Shown here: in pieces, positions 7,733-16,061 of the stretch
Layout of the letters: each line of letters opens with the position of its first letter
Position numbering within the stretch: position 1 is the first letter of the stretch
Assembly (NCBI GenBank): GCA_964483255.1
Contig: CAZACE010000001.1
Coordinates: 1-27,291 of the forward strand
Reading direction: 5' to 3'
DNA from: an uncultured Oscillospiraceae bacterium
GTDB taxonomy: Bacteria > Bacillota > Clostridia > Christensenellales > Aristaeellaceae
DNA: 27,291 nucleotides
Program-made: the position numbers and the translations under genes
The notes under the pieces: generated by a model
What the model was told of the DNA's origin: nothing
Seen by the model: the letters and a program-made list of their open reading frames with translations, nothing else
Database searches by the model: none

Positions 7733-8863
7733 ATGCGTATTCATGCCAGACGCCTTTTCACCCCTCAGGGCTTCCTCGAGGATCGGATCGTCACCGTGCA
7801 CGGCGGCTTTATCGTCTCCGTCGAACCGGGCGAGGATGCGCCCATCCATGCGGATATCCTCACCCCCGGCCTGATCGATCTGCACATACACGGCGGCGAG
7901 GGGTTCAACGCCCGGGATTTTGATCTGGACATCATCGAACCGTTCCTAAACAAGCTGCTCGCCTGCGGCGTTACCGGCTTTTTAATGACCATCTCCACCG
8001 GCCGGCGCGACACGATGCGCCACGGTCTGGAGGTTACAAGGCAGGCCATGCACATGCAGCAGGAAGGACAGCTCAGCGGCGCGCGCATTCTCGGCGCGCA
8101 TCTGGAAGGGCCGTTTCTGAGCCTGCGCCGTCCCGGCGCGATGCAGGAAAGCGCCATCATCTCGCCTTCCATCGCCGCTTATGAAGAGCTGTTCTCCGGC
8201 TACGAGGACGTGATCCGCAGGATATCCCTCGCGCCGGAAAATCCGGGCGCGGACGAGCTGATCGCTTATCTGCTCTCCAAAGGCGTGATCGTGCAGGCCG
8301 GACATACCAACGCGACATTTGAACAGGCGCAGCATGCGTTCTCGCAGGGCGTAAATGCCCTTTGCCACACGTTCAACGCCTGCAGGCCGATTCATCACCG
8401 CGATCCCGGCGTGATCACCGCCGCACTGCTTCATCCTCATGTGTATTGCGAGGCGATCTGTGACCTGGAGCATCTGCACGGCGGCACGCTGCAGATGATT
8501 TACCGCATGAAGGGTCCTGAGCGCATGCTCCTCGTCTCCGACTCTGTCGCGACGCATGGCATGCCGGACGGTGAATACTTCATGGAGGGCTATCATATCG
8601 TCGTGAAGGACGGCATCAGCCATACCATCGACGGCGCGCTCGACGGCGGCGGCGCGTATCTGGATCAGGCTGTGCGCAACATGATGCGGCTAGGCGCAAG
8701 CGAGCCGGACGCCGTCGCCATGGCCAGCCTCACACCGGCTATGCATATGGGCTATGCATCTCTGGGCACGATTGAGCCTGGCAGATGCGCGCATCTGACC
8801 GCCTGGGACGACGACTGGAACGTCGCTTTCACCGTGCTGGAGGACGGCATGCACACCAAATGA
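7733..8863 (+). CDS. nagA: N-acetylglucosamine-6-phosphate deacetylase
   Basis: PGLIDLHIHG, HLEGPFL, GHTNA, HTFNA, HHRDPG and catalytic VSD motifs; SD GGAGG. Confidence 0.9.
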   Translation: MRIHARRLFTPQGFLEDRIVTVHGGFIVSVEPGEDAPIHADILTPGLIDLHIHGGEGFNARDFDLDIIEPFLNKLLACGVTGFLMTISTGRRDTMRHGLEVTRQAMHMQQEGQLSGARILGAHLEGPFLSLRRPGAMQESAIISPSIAAYEELFSGYEDVIRRISLAPENPGADELIAYLLSKGVIVQAGHTNATFEQAQHAFSQGVNALCHTFNACRPIHHRDPGVITAALLHPHVYCEAICDLEHLHGGTLQMIYRMKGPERMLLVSDSVATHGMPDGEYFMEGYHIVVKDGISHTIDGALDGGGAYLDQAVRNMMRLGASEPDAVAMASLTPAMHMGYASLGTIEPGRCAHLTAWDDDWNVAFTVLEDGMHTK

Positions 8864-8881
8864 CAACCGGAGGAATTGGAT

Positions 8882-9757
8882 ATGCGCATTGCAGGCGTGG
8901 ATATCGGCGGAACGAGCATCAAGGCGGGCATTCTGGACGACGGAAAAATCGTATACAAAACCAGCGCAAAAACGCCGCATGGCGATCCCGCGGCCGTCTG
9001 CGACCTGATCGCAGGAATGCTGCAGGGGCAGGAAATTGACTGCGTCGGCGTAGGCACGGCGGGCTCTGTGCAGCAGGATGGCGACAACGTCGCTGCAAGC
9101 AATCTGGGCTGGGAAAACGTTCCCCTGCGCCGGATGCTCACGGAGCGCCTTGAGCATCCCGTATGCATCGGCAACGACGCGCAGGCGGCGCTCATGGCCG
9201 AATGGCTCGACGGCGAATGCAAAGGCGCAGAGTGCGCGATCTATCTGACGCTGGGCACAGGCATCGGCGGCGCCATGATCGTGGGCGGCAAACCCTATCG
9301 CGGCAGGAATCATCTCGGCGCAGAATTCGGCCATATGATCATCCGGAAGGACGGTCCGCGCTGCGCCTGCGGGCGGCGCGGCTGCCTGGAGCTCTACGCC
9401 TCCGCCGCGGCGCTCGGACGCATGGCTGGGAACCGCCCTGTGAAGGATGTGATCGAGCTGGCCAAGAGCGGCGACGCGGACATGCTGCGCTGCTTTAAGG
9501 ATTATGTGCGCATGCTGTGTATCGGCCTGAACAATCTGGTGATGGCCTTCGATCCGGAAGTGATCGTTCTGGGCGGCGGGCTCAGCGGCGCAGGCGATTT
9601 CCTCGCCTCGCACTGCCAGAAAGAGCTTGCGCGCATGTTCAGCGGGACCACCGATCCGCTGCTTTGTCAGATTCGCATTGCTAAACACCAGAACGACGCC
9701 GGAATTCTCGGCGCAGCGCTTCTTGCACAGCAGAAGTTCTTTTCTGATCCAACCTGA
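8882..9757 (+). CDS. ROK family sugar kinase without HTH; candidate GlcNAc/MurNAc kinase
   Basis: GVDIGGT, NDAQAA, LTLGTGIGG, EFGH and the CACGRRGCLE zinc motif. ATG at 8882 follows SD GGAGGA. Confidence 0.88.
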   Translation: MRIAGVDIGGTSIKAGILDDGKIVYKTSAKTPHGDPAAVCDLIAGMLQGQEIDCVGVGTAGSVQQDGDNVAASNLGWENVPLRRMLTERLEHPVCIGNDAQAALMAEWLDGECKGAECAIYLTLGTGIGGAMIVGGKPYRGRNHLGAEFGHMIIRKDGPRCACGRRGCLELYASAAALGRMAGNRPVKDVIELAKSGDADMLRCFKDYVRMLCIGLNNLVMAFDPEVIVLGGGLSGAGDFLASHCQKELARMFSGTTDPLLCQIRIAKHQNDAGILGAALLAQQKFFSDPT

Positions 9758-9760
9758 TAA

Positions 9761-9805
9761 AACAGCAGCAGCTGCCGCGTTTTGCGACAGCTGCCGTTCT
9801 TTATT
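9761..9805 (+). terminator. Probable intrinsic terminator after the ROK kinase gene
   Basis: Imperfect hairpin GCAGCTGCCGC-GTTTT-GCGACAGCTGC followed by CGTTCTTTATT. Confidence 0.55.
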
Positions 9806-9825
9806 CTCAGAAAAACGATCAATAA

Positions 9826-9900
9826 GCGCGAAGCAATGAGGGGAGTCTGAGGGACAACGTCCCTCAGGCAGGTTTCCCGGATCGGCAGCCCAGCGTTCCC
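9826..9900 (-). repeat. REP-like palindromic intergenic element, copy 2, inverted relative to copy 1
   Basis: The reverse complement reads GGGAACGCTGGGCTGCCGATCCGGGAAACCTGCCTGAGGGACGTTGTCCCTCAGACTCCCCTCATTGCTTCGCGC. It shares GAGGGACGTTGTCCCTCAGACTCCC exactly with 1085-1109. Confidence 0.8.
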
Positions 9901-9904
9901 CCTA

Positions 9905-11302
9905 TCACACAACCTTTCCCGGATTGAGAATGCCGTTCGGGTCAAACGCAGCCTTGATGCCGCGCATCAGGTTCATCTGAACCTCGCCGACGCTCTCGCT
10001 CAGGAAGCCGCGCTTGGCATGGCCGATTCCATGCTCGCCGCTGACCTCGCCGCCCATCGCGCGCGCAGCGGCATAGAGCTCATCCATCACCTGATCGCAG
10101 GCCGCCTTCCAGGCCGCCTCCTCCATATCATCACGGCAGGCATAGATATGCAGATTGCCATCGCCCGCATGGCCGAAGGAGCAGATGCGCACGCCGACGC
10201 GCCTGCCGATTTCCACACTCTTTTTCACAAACGCCGGAATCACATCGCGCGGAACGACCACGTCGCATTCATCCATCGTGGACGTGCTGCCCTTGATCGC
10301 CTCCAGAAACGCGCCGCGCGCATTCCAGATGCTTTCCTTGCGCTCGTCCGTATCCGCCAGCAGAACATCCTTCGCGCCGATGGCCAGCGCCAGATCGGTC
10401 AGGGTATCCATCGCAGGCCTGAGCGCCTCGGCGCTCGGGCCATCCAGGCGTACCAGCAGATATGCATCCGCGCTGGTATCCGGGAACTGCTTGCCCAGAT
10501 ATGTCTCGGCGCAGGCAATGACCTCGCGCTCCATGAATTCAACCGCCGTCGGCTCGCAGCCGCAGCCCAGCACAGCCGGCACCGCGCCGATGCAGGTATC
10601 CAGATCGTCAAAGGGCATCAGCAGCGAAAGATTGACCTTCGGCTCGGGAATGAGCTTGACGGTCAGCTTTGTGAGGAAGCCCAGCGTGCCCTCGCTGCCC
10701 ACCATCAGGTCGAGCAGACTGTATCCGCTGGAATTCTTGACATTCTTGCCGCCCAGATGAATCACGCTGCCGTCGGCGAGGACGACCTCCATGCCCAGCA
10801 CATAATCGCGCGTCACGCCGTAGCGCACGGCACGCATGCCGCCGGCATTGGTCATCGCATTGCCGCCCATGGTCGCGGTCTTCTCGCCGGGATCCGGCGG
10901 ATAAAACAGACCCGTGCCTTCCAGCGCCTTGGGGAATTCCATCAGCAGCACGCCCGGCTCGACGGTCGCCGTCATATTGCGGCGATCGACCTCCAGCACG
11001 CGCTTCATCTTCTCCGTGGAGAGCACGACGCCGCCATGGATCGCCACGCAGCCGCCGCAAAGACCCGTGCCCGAGCCGCGCGGGGTGACGGCGATGTTGT
11101 GTTCATTGCAGTATTTCAGCACGGCGCTGACCTCCTCGGTCGAAAGCGCCTGAATGACCGCCTCCGGCATAAAATGGCCGTACTCGGTCATCTCGTCGTG
11201 ATCATAATCTGTGGAAATGGCCTCGCCGCTGAATACGCGCCCCGGCATCAGCGCATTGAAGTAAGCCAGATCCTTTTGCGTTACACGATTGAACGTCTTC
11301 AT
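9905..11302 (-). CDS. lctD: FAD-linked (D-)lactate dehydrogenase subunit, LctD/GlcD family
   Basis: RGSGTGL, FYPPDPGEK, TNAGGMRAVRYG, GSEGTLG, ARGAFLEAIK, MDECDVVVP, FGHAGDGNLH and SGEHGIG closely follow Acetobacterium woodii LctD as recalled. The gene sits in an operon with etfBA. Confidence 0.85.
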   Translation of the reverse strand: MKTFNRVTQKDLAYFNALMPGRVFSGEAISTDYDHDEMTEYGHFMPEAVIQALSTEEVSAVLKYCNEHNIAVTPRGSGTGLCGGCVAIHGGVVLSTEKMKRVLEVDRRNMTATVEPGVLLMEFPKALEGTGLFYPPDPGEKTATMGGNAMTNAGGMRAVRYGVTRDYVLGMEVVLADGSVIHLGGKNVKNSSGYSLLDLMVGSEGTLGFLTKLTVKLIPEPKVNLSLLMPFDDLDTCIGAVPAVLGCGCEPTAVEFMEREVIACAETYLGKQFPDTSADAYLLVRLDGPSAEALRPAMDTLTDLALAIGAKDVLLADTDERKESIWNARGAFLEAIKGSTSTMDECDVVVPRDVIPAFVKKSVEIGRRVGVRICSFGHAGDGNLHIYACRDDMEEAAWKAACDQVMDELYAAARAMGGEVSGEHGIGHAKRGFLSESVGEVQMNLMRGIKAAFDPNGILNPGKVV

Positions 11303-12489
11303 GCCTGTGCCTCCTTCAGCTTGCTGATCAGCGCCGGCACAATCTCATACAGATCGCCCACGATCGCGACGTGCGCGGTATCGAAGATCGGCGCGGTTTT
11401 ATCCGTATTGATGGATACGATATGGTCGCTGCCATTCATACAGGCCGTGAACTGGATTGCGCCGCTGACGCCGCAGGTGACAATCAGTCTCGGGCGCACC
11501 GTACGGCCGGAAAGGCCAATCTGGCGCTCGTTGGTCGTCCATCCCTTTTCCACCAGCGGACGGGTTACCGCCCAGTCGCCGCCCAGCAGCGAGGCAAGCT
11601 CCTTGATCATCGCAAGGTCCGCTTCCTTCTGCAGGCCGCGGCCGCCGACCACCAGCACATCCGCGTCGGAGATGCTCTTCCTGGGCGGAACAGGCTTCAC
11701 GCTCACGCAGCTGCTCACACACTGCATGACGGCCTTGGGGATCTTACGCACGAGGATTTCGCCGGAAGCATTCTCTTCCCTCACCGGCGGGTTCATGACC
11801 TTATAGCGCACGGTCGCAAACTGCGGGCGGGTGTTCGTCGTCACAATCTGCGCCATGATGTTGCCGCCGAACGCCGGACGGATCTGCACGAGATCCGTAT
11901 TCTCGCGCAGCAGCAGCGTCGTGCAGTCCGCCGTCAGGCCCGTATGGAATCGCGTGGACAGGCGCGGCGCAAGGCTTCGCCCCAGCGCGGTCGCACCAAC
12001 GAGTACGACGCTCGGCTTGGCATATTTGATGTAATCCTCCACGCAGGAAGCATAGGCGTCCGCGCGGTAATAGCCCAGCTCGGGATCGTCATACACGGCA
12101 ACCTCGCTGACGCCGTAATGGCGCAGTTCCTCAGCATAGCTACTTACGCCGTCACCGACAAGCACGGCTTTGACCTTGAAGCCCGGCACGCTCTCGCAGA
12201 GCTCGCGCGCCTTGCCGATGAGCTCCAGCCCCACAGGATGCAGGCGGCCGCCGCTGACTTCGGCATAGACAAGGATGTCGTTCCACTTGGTTTTATCGAC
12301 GGAATCGACCTTGGTTTCCAGCTTCACAATCGCCTTTTCCGGACAATTCTTCACGCAGATACCGCAAACCTTGCAGGCTGCATTGAGCTCCGGCTTGCCA
12401 TTCACCATATCGATCGCGCCGAAGGGACAATTCTGCCGGCATTGTCCGCAGCCGGTGCATTTACGCGCCAGAATCGCAATCTGTGCCAT
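11299..12489 (-). CDS. etfA: Electron transfer flavoprotein alpha subunit with N-terminal ferredoxin-like domain (LctC type)
   Basis: Two CxxCxxCxxxCP motifs at the N-terminus, then GLTADCT, RPAFGGNIMA, RPQFATVR, QIGLSGRTVRP and GVSGAIQF. ATGA overlap with lctD. Confidence 0.93.
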   Translation of the reverse strand: MAQIAILARKCTGCGQCRQNCPFGAIDMVNGKPELNAACKVCGICVKNCPEKAIVKLETKVDSVDKTKWNDILVYAEVSGGRLHPVGLELIGKARELCESVPGFKVKAVLVGDGVSSYAEELRHYGVSEVAVYDDPELGYYRADAYASCVEDYIKYAKPSVVLVGATALGRSLAPRLSTRFHTGLTADCTTLLLRENTDLVQIRPAFGGNIMAQIVTTNTRPQFATVRYKVMNPPVREENASGEILVRKIPKAVMQCVSSCVSVKPVPPRKSISDADVLVVGGRGLQKEADLAMIKELASLLGGDWAVTRPLVEKGWTTNERQIGLSGRTVRPRLIVTCGVSGAIQFTACMNGSDHIVSINTDKTAPIFDTAHVAIVGDLYEIVPALISKLKEAQA

Positions 12490-12503
12490 GAATCATCCCT
12501 CCT

Positions 12504-13283
12504 TTACACGAATTTCCATTTCTTGAGCAGGTCATGAAGCTTTTCGGCGCAGCCCTCGCCCTCCCAGACCTCATGCTCCGTATCATTGGCCGGCGGGAAA
12601 ATGCGCTCCACCTGCGTGGGGCTGCCCGTAAGGCCGTAGTGATTGGGATTCTTGTCCATGAAGCTGTCCAGTCCCTGGATCGCAATGGGCTTATCGCCAA
12701 TTTCCCTGGCGACCTTGAGCGAGGGCAGGCGCGGCATGCAGATATCCTGCTCCACCGTCGCCAGACACGGGAAGGGCATATGCACGGTCTCGATCACATC
12801 CTGAAGCTGCTGTTCGGCGTTCACGCCGTCGCCGGAAACCTCGAGCTTTGAAACCCACGCCGCATGCGGAATGCCCATATGCTCCGCGATGGCAGGACCC
12901 ACCTGCGCCGTGTCGCCGTCCGTCGTCTGCTTGCCGCAGAGAATCAGGTCAAAATCGCCGACGCTTTGTATCGCCTGAGAAAGCGTATAGCTGGTCGCCA
13001 GCACATCCGCGCCGCCCAGACGGCGATCGGAGAAAACATAGCCTTCGTCCGCGCCCATCATATACGCTTCGCGCACGACTGCCTGCGCCTGCGGCGGCCC
13101 CATGGTGCCCACAACGACCCTGCCGCCATGTTTTTCCTTGAGGCGCAGTGCCGTTTCCAAAGCATACAAGTCATACGGATTCATTTTGCTGGCAATGCCG
13201 TCGCGCTTCAAAACGCCGGTCTTTTCATCAACCTGCACCTTGTTCGTCGAAGGCACCTGCTTAATGCACACAAATATGTTCAC
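12504..13283 (-). CDS. etfB: Electron transfer flavoprotein beta subunit (LctB type)
   Basis: VCIKQVP, MNPYDLYALE, TMGPPQA, GADVLATS, CGKQTTDGDTAQVGP and GLTGSPTQV motifs. GTG start after SD AAGAGG. Confidence 0.93.
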   Translation of the reverse strand: MNIFVCIKQVPSTNKVQVDEKTGVLKRDGIASKMNPYDLYALETALRLKEKHGGRVVVGTMGPPQAQAVVREAYMMGADEGYVFSDRRLGGADVLATSYTLSQAIQSVGDFDLILCGKQTTDGDTAQVGPAIAEHMGIPHAAWVSKLEVSGDGVNAEQQLQDVIETVHMPFPCLATVEQDICMPRLPSLKVAREIGDKPIAIQGLDSFMDKNPNHYGLTGSPTQVERIFPPANDTEHEVWEGEGCAEKLHDLLKKWKFV

Positions 13284-13346
13284 AGAAATCGCCTCTTTTC
13301 CAGAATTCGAAAAAACAGGATCAAATGCGCACAGTTCTTTGTATAT

Positions 13347-13375
13347 ATTTTACAAGATTATTTGCACCATTGCAA
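13347..13375 (-). promoter_or_regulatory. Putative sigmaA promoter of etfB-etfA-lctD
   Basis: Minus strand TTGCAA-17 nt-TAAAAT, about 60 nt upstream of the GTG start. Confidence 0.65.
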
Positions 13376-13438
13376 GCCATAATTGCCAAGCAGGTTCTAT
13401 GGACGTTTCATTGAAAAAGGCTGCACCTTTGGAGCATT

Positions 13439-14959
13439 TCAAGCCTTCAGCCTGCCCTTTATATATCCATGAAGCAGATATGCCAAATCTTTTCGGAAAA
13501 AGCACACATTCACAACGAAATAGATCAGCATAACAGGAGGGGTTATAATCAGACCGCAAACGCAAAACTGTTTGTACGTTGTGATGCTGATGTCCGCCTT
13601 GCCCAGTATCGCCGATATCGCAATCATTGCGGCGATATTCACGCCATACACCAAAAGGGGCTTCGCCGAGCTTCTCATCAGTATCGCTCTGTTGGCGTAG
13701 ATCGTAAAATCAACGCTTCGATACAGCAGCGCAGCAATTGTTCCAATCAAAACGCCGTATATGCCGCAAACCTTTACGCCTACGATTGAAACGACCAGAT
13801 TGATCCCAGTCTCCATCAGCGTTCTTGAAAGTGTTTCCTGAAAATGTCCGGCACAATTGTTGACGGTATGCATCATCGGAACACGAATCAGATGTAGGAT
13901 TTCAGCCGCAACAAACAGAATCGGAAGGTAACGGTCAACATAACAAACGTCGGTTACTCCATTGGTGTATATCCCCATAAAGGATGTAAGCAAAAGATAG
14001 GTTACCGTCAGAACAGAAAACACCAGAACACTGAATCCCACTTGTATACCATCTAACAATTGGGTATACTTCTTCCGATCCAAATGGAATAACTGTCCCA
14101 GAACAAACGAACAGCTGTTAAATGGCGTCATAATCAGGCTTGATATATGCCCCACAACCAGCTTATAAACCGCATAAACACTGACTGCTTTCAAATCACA
14201 GAAGACTGTCAGCAGGATCATATCCGTATTGGAGAAAACCAGCCCCGAAAACTGATGAATAAACGCATATTTGCTCTGTTTCAGCGCAGCATGATCCGGA
14301 ATCACATTCAGGTCTATCCAGCTATAATTCCGGCGAACATAGCATTCAATGAATACAACATGCATAAAGGAAACGAGAAATGTCAAAGCGATCACAACAT
14401 GAACCTGAATGTGAAGGCTCAAAAGTACAATTTTCAGTGCATTGCCGACAATCGAAGTAACCGTATTCAGATTCGTAATAATGTACTCCCTGCCATCGGC
14501 ACAGAGCAATATCCTGTACTTCGCCTGCTTGAAAAACGCAATGACATTGCCCATTCCCGAAAACAGAATAATCAGAAACACCTGAAAATACGTTAATTCT
14601 TCGATTCTGACAAGCAATGGATAAGCAGCCGACAACCCAAGAAGTCCGGCAAAATAAAGCATCCCAACCCTGCGATAGCTGTCATGAATAGCCGCCAATA
14701 CGCTGTTTGTTGCCGCCTTATCGCCTTTGGCAAGCGTACCATAGAGGGATTTTGCGGCGGCAGATTGGATTCCCGCTTCAAACAGCGCCATATACGCAAT
14801 GGCCTGCGCAACAGAATTGAGCAATCCATTGATCTCTGACCCGAACCCAACGAGTATGACCCTGGGCAATATCAACCCCATGGCAATCGTTACAATCTGA
14901 TACACCAACGAGTACAGCAGATTACATGCACTCTTTCTCAGATTTCCCTTGGTATTCAT
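13439..14959 (-). CDS. wzx: Polysaccharide repeat-unit flippase (Wzx)
   Basis: 506 aa polytopic membrane protein with GSEINGL, LFEAGI, VFSNTD..L and GVLIGT motifs; last gene of the EPS cluster. Confidence 0.85.
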   Translation of the reverse strand: MNTKGNLRKSACNLLYSLVYQIVTIAMGLILPRVILVGFGSEINGLLNSVAQAIAYMALFEAGIQSAAAKSLYGTLAKGDKAATNSVLAAIHDSYRRVGMLYFAGLLGLSAAYPLLVRIEELTYFQVFLIILFSGMGNVIAFFKQAKYRILLCADGREYIITNLNTVTSIVGNALKIVLLSLHIQVHVVIALTFLVSFMHVVFIECYVRRNYSWIDLNVIPDHAALKQSKYAFIHQFSGLVFSNTDMILLTVFCDLKAVSVYAVYKLVVGHISSLIMTPFNSCSFVLGQLFHLDRKKYTQLLDGIQVGFSVLVFSVLTVTYLLLTSFMGIYTNGVTDVCYVDRYLPILFVAAEILHLIRVPMMHTVNNCAGHFQETLSRTLMETGINLVVSIVGVKVCGIYGVLIGTIAALLYRSVDFTIYANRAILMRSSAKPLLVYGVNIAAMIAISAILGKADISITTYKQFCVCGLIITPPVMLIYFVVNVCFFRKDLAYLLHGYIKGRLKA

Positions 14960-15957
14960 GCATTCTTCCTTTTTCTGAGGCTCTTTATCATTCTATTGAG
15001 CGCCATGGCCTTTACAAAAAACGAAGCTATGTATTTTCCACTCGAGAGCCCCCGAATCATGATTTGTTCTTTCACCGAAAACAGCTTTCTGACTTCTTTG
15101 CTGTATTGTGAAATCACATCCCTGCGCAGAATTGAGTAATATTTGTTCTCCATTTTCTTCTGGTTCAGAAGACGCTCTATATTCCAGCACGCATACAACA
15201 CGATCGTACGCTGCGCATACGCCGTATTCTCCGGCATAACCCGTTCCATTTTCTCCTTCATACGATACGCTGCTTTGCGATACGACCAATACGATTCCTT
15301 AATCTCCGATGACAATGAATTGCTGCGAAGGCAATAATGATACTTCGGTGTGTTTGTGTATGCCACTTTCCGGGATTGAATAAGCAGCTCCCAAACCGCT
15401 AACATGTCTTCCAGATTTGTAATCTCTTCATCCAGGCGCACGCTGTCAAAGAGAGCCTTCCTGAACAGCTTATTCCACAGGCTTGATGATATGTTTAAGC
15501 GCTTCAAATGCAGCTGCAAAACGGCTTCTTTTCCTTCGAGTATCTGAGTGCTTACCCTTTGGCCGGAAACCCCTTCCATATCATCATTTATGCAAAAACT
15601 GACGATCGATACGTCTGCCTCTTCATTTTCCATCTGTGAAACCAGCGTTTCGTACATATCCGCTTCTGCCCAATCGTCGCTGTCGCAAAAGCCTATATAC
15701 GCCCCTTCAGCCAGATCCAATCCGCGATTGCGCGCAGCTGAAACGCCTCTATGCTCTTGGAAACAGTATCGAAAACGCCGGTCCTTCTGCGCAAACGCTC
15801 TGCAGACAGACGCACTGTCGTCCGAAGATCCATCATCAATCATGATGACTTCTATGTTGGTATACGTTTGATTTTTCAAACTGGATAAACAACGCACCAA
15901 GGTTTTTTCAGAATTATATACCGGAACAATGATCGATATCTTTTCCATTTTATTCAT
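14956..15957 (-). CDS. Glycosyltransferase family 2
   Basis: ISIIVPVYN, DDGSSD, GVSAARNRGL, FCDSDD (DxD), WNKLFR and ED motifs. Confidence 0.92.
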   Translation of the reverse strand: MNKMEKISIIVPVYNSEKTLVRCLSSLKNQTYTNIEVIMIDDGSSDDSASVCRAFAQKDRRFRYCFQEHRGVSAARNRGLDLAEGAYIGFCDSDDWAEADMYETLVSQMENEEADVSIVSFCINDDMEGVSGQRVSTQILEGKEAVLQLHLKRLNISSSLWNKLFRKALFDSVRLDEEITNLEDMLAVWELLIQSRKVAYTNTPKYHYCLRSNSLSSEIKESYWSYRKAAYRMKEKMERVMPENTAYAQRTIVLYACWNIERLLNQKKMENKYYSILRRDVISQYSKEVRKLFSVKEQIMIRGLSSGKYIASFFVKAMALNRMIKSLRKRKNA

Positions 15958-16061
15958 CTCCCATTATCCCAAATATTCACGCAGGCATCTGCAGCGCTCA
16001 CCAAAGGTTATCTGCACATCAGCATGACAATTTGCGTACACATGCTCTTCATCACCATGAT

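Noticed and set aside
10019..12537. 595-aa and 388-aa plus-strand ORFs, and similar shadows at 5375-6502, 6769-7734, 8690-9688, 21363-22265 and 25348-26343
   Set aside because: All are antisense to well-supported genes and show no recognisable motifs.
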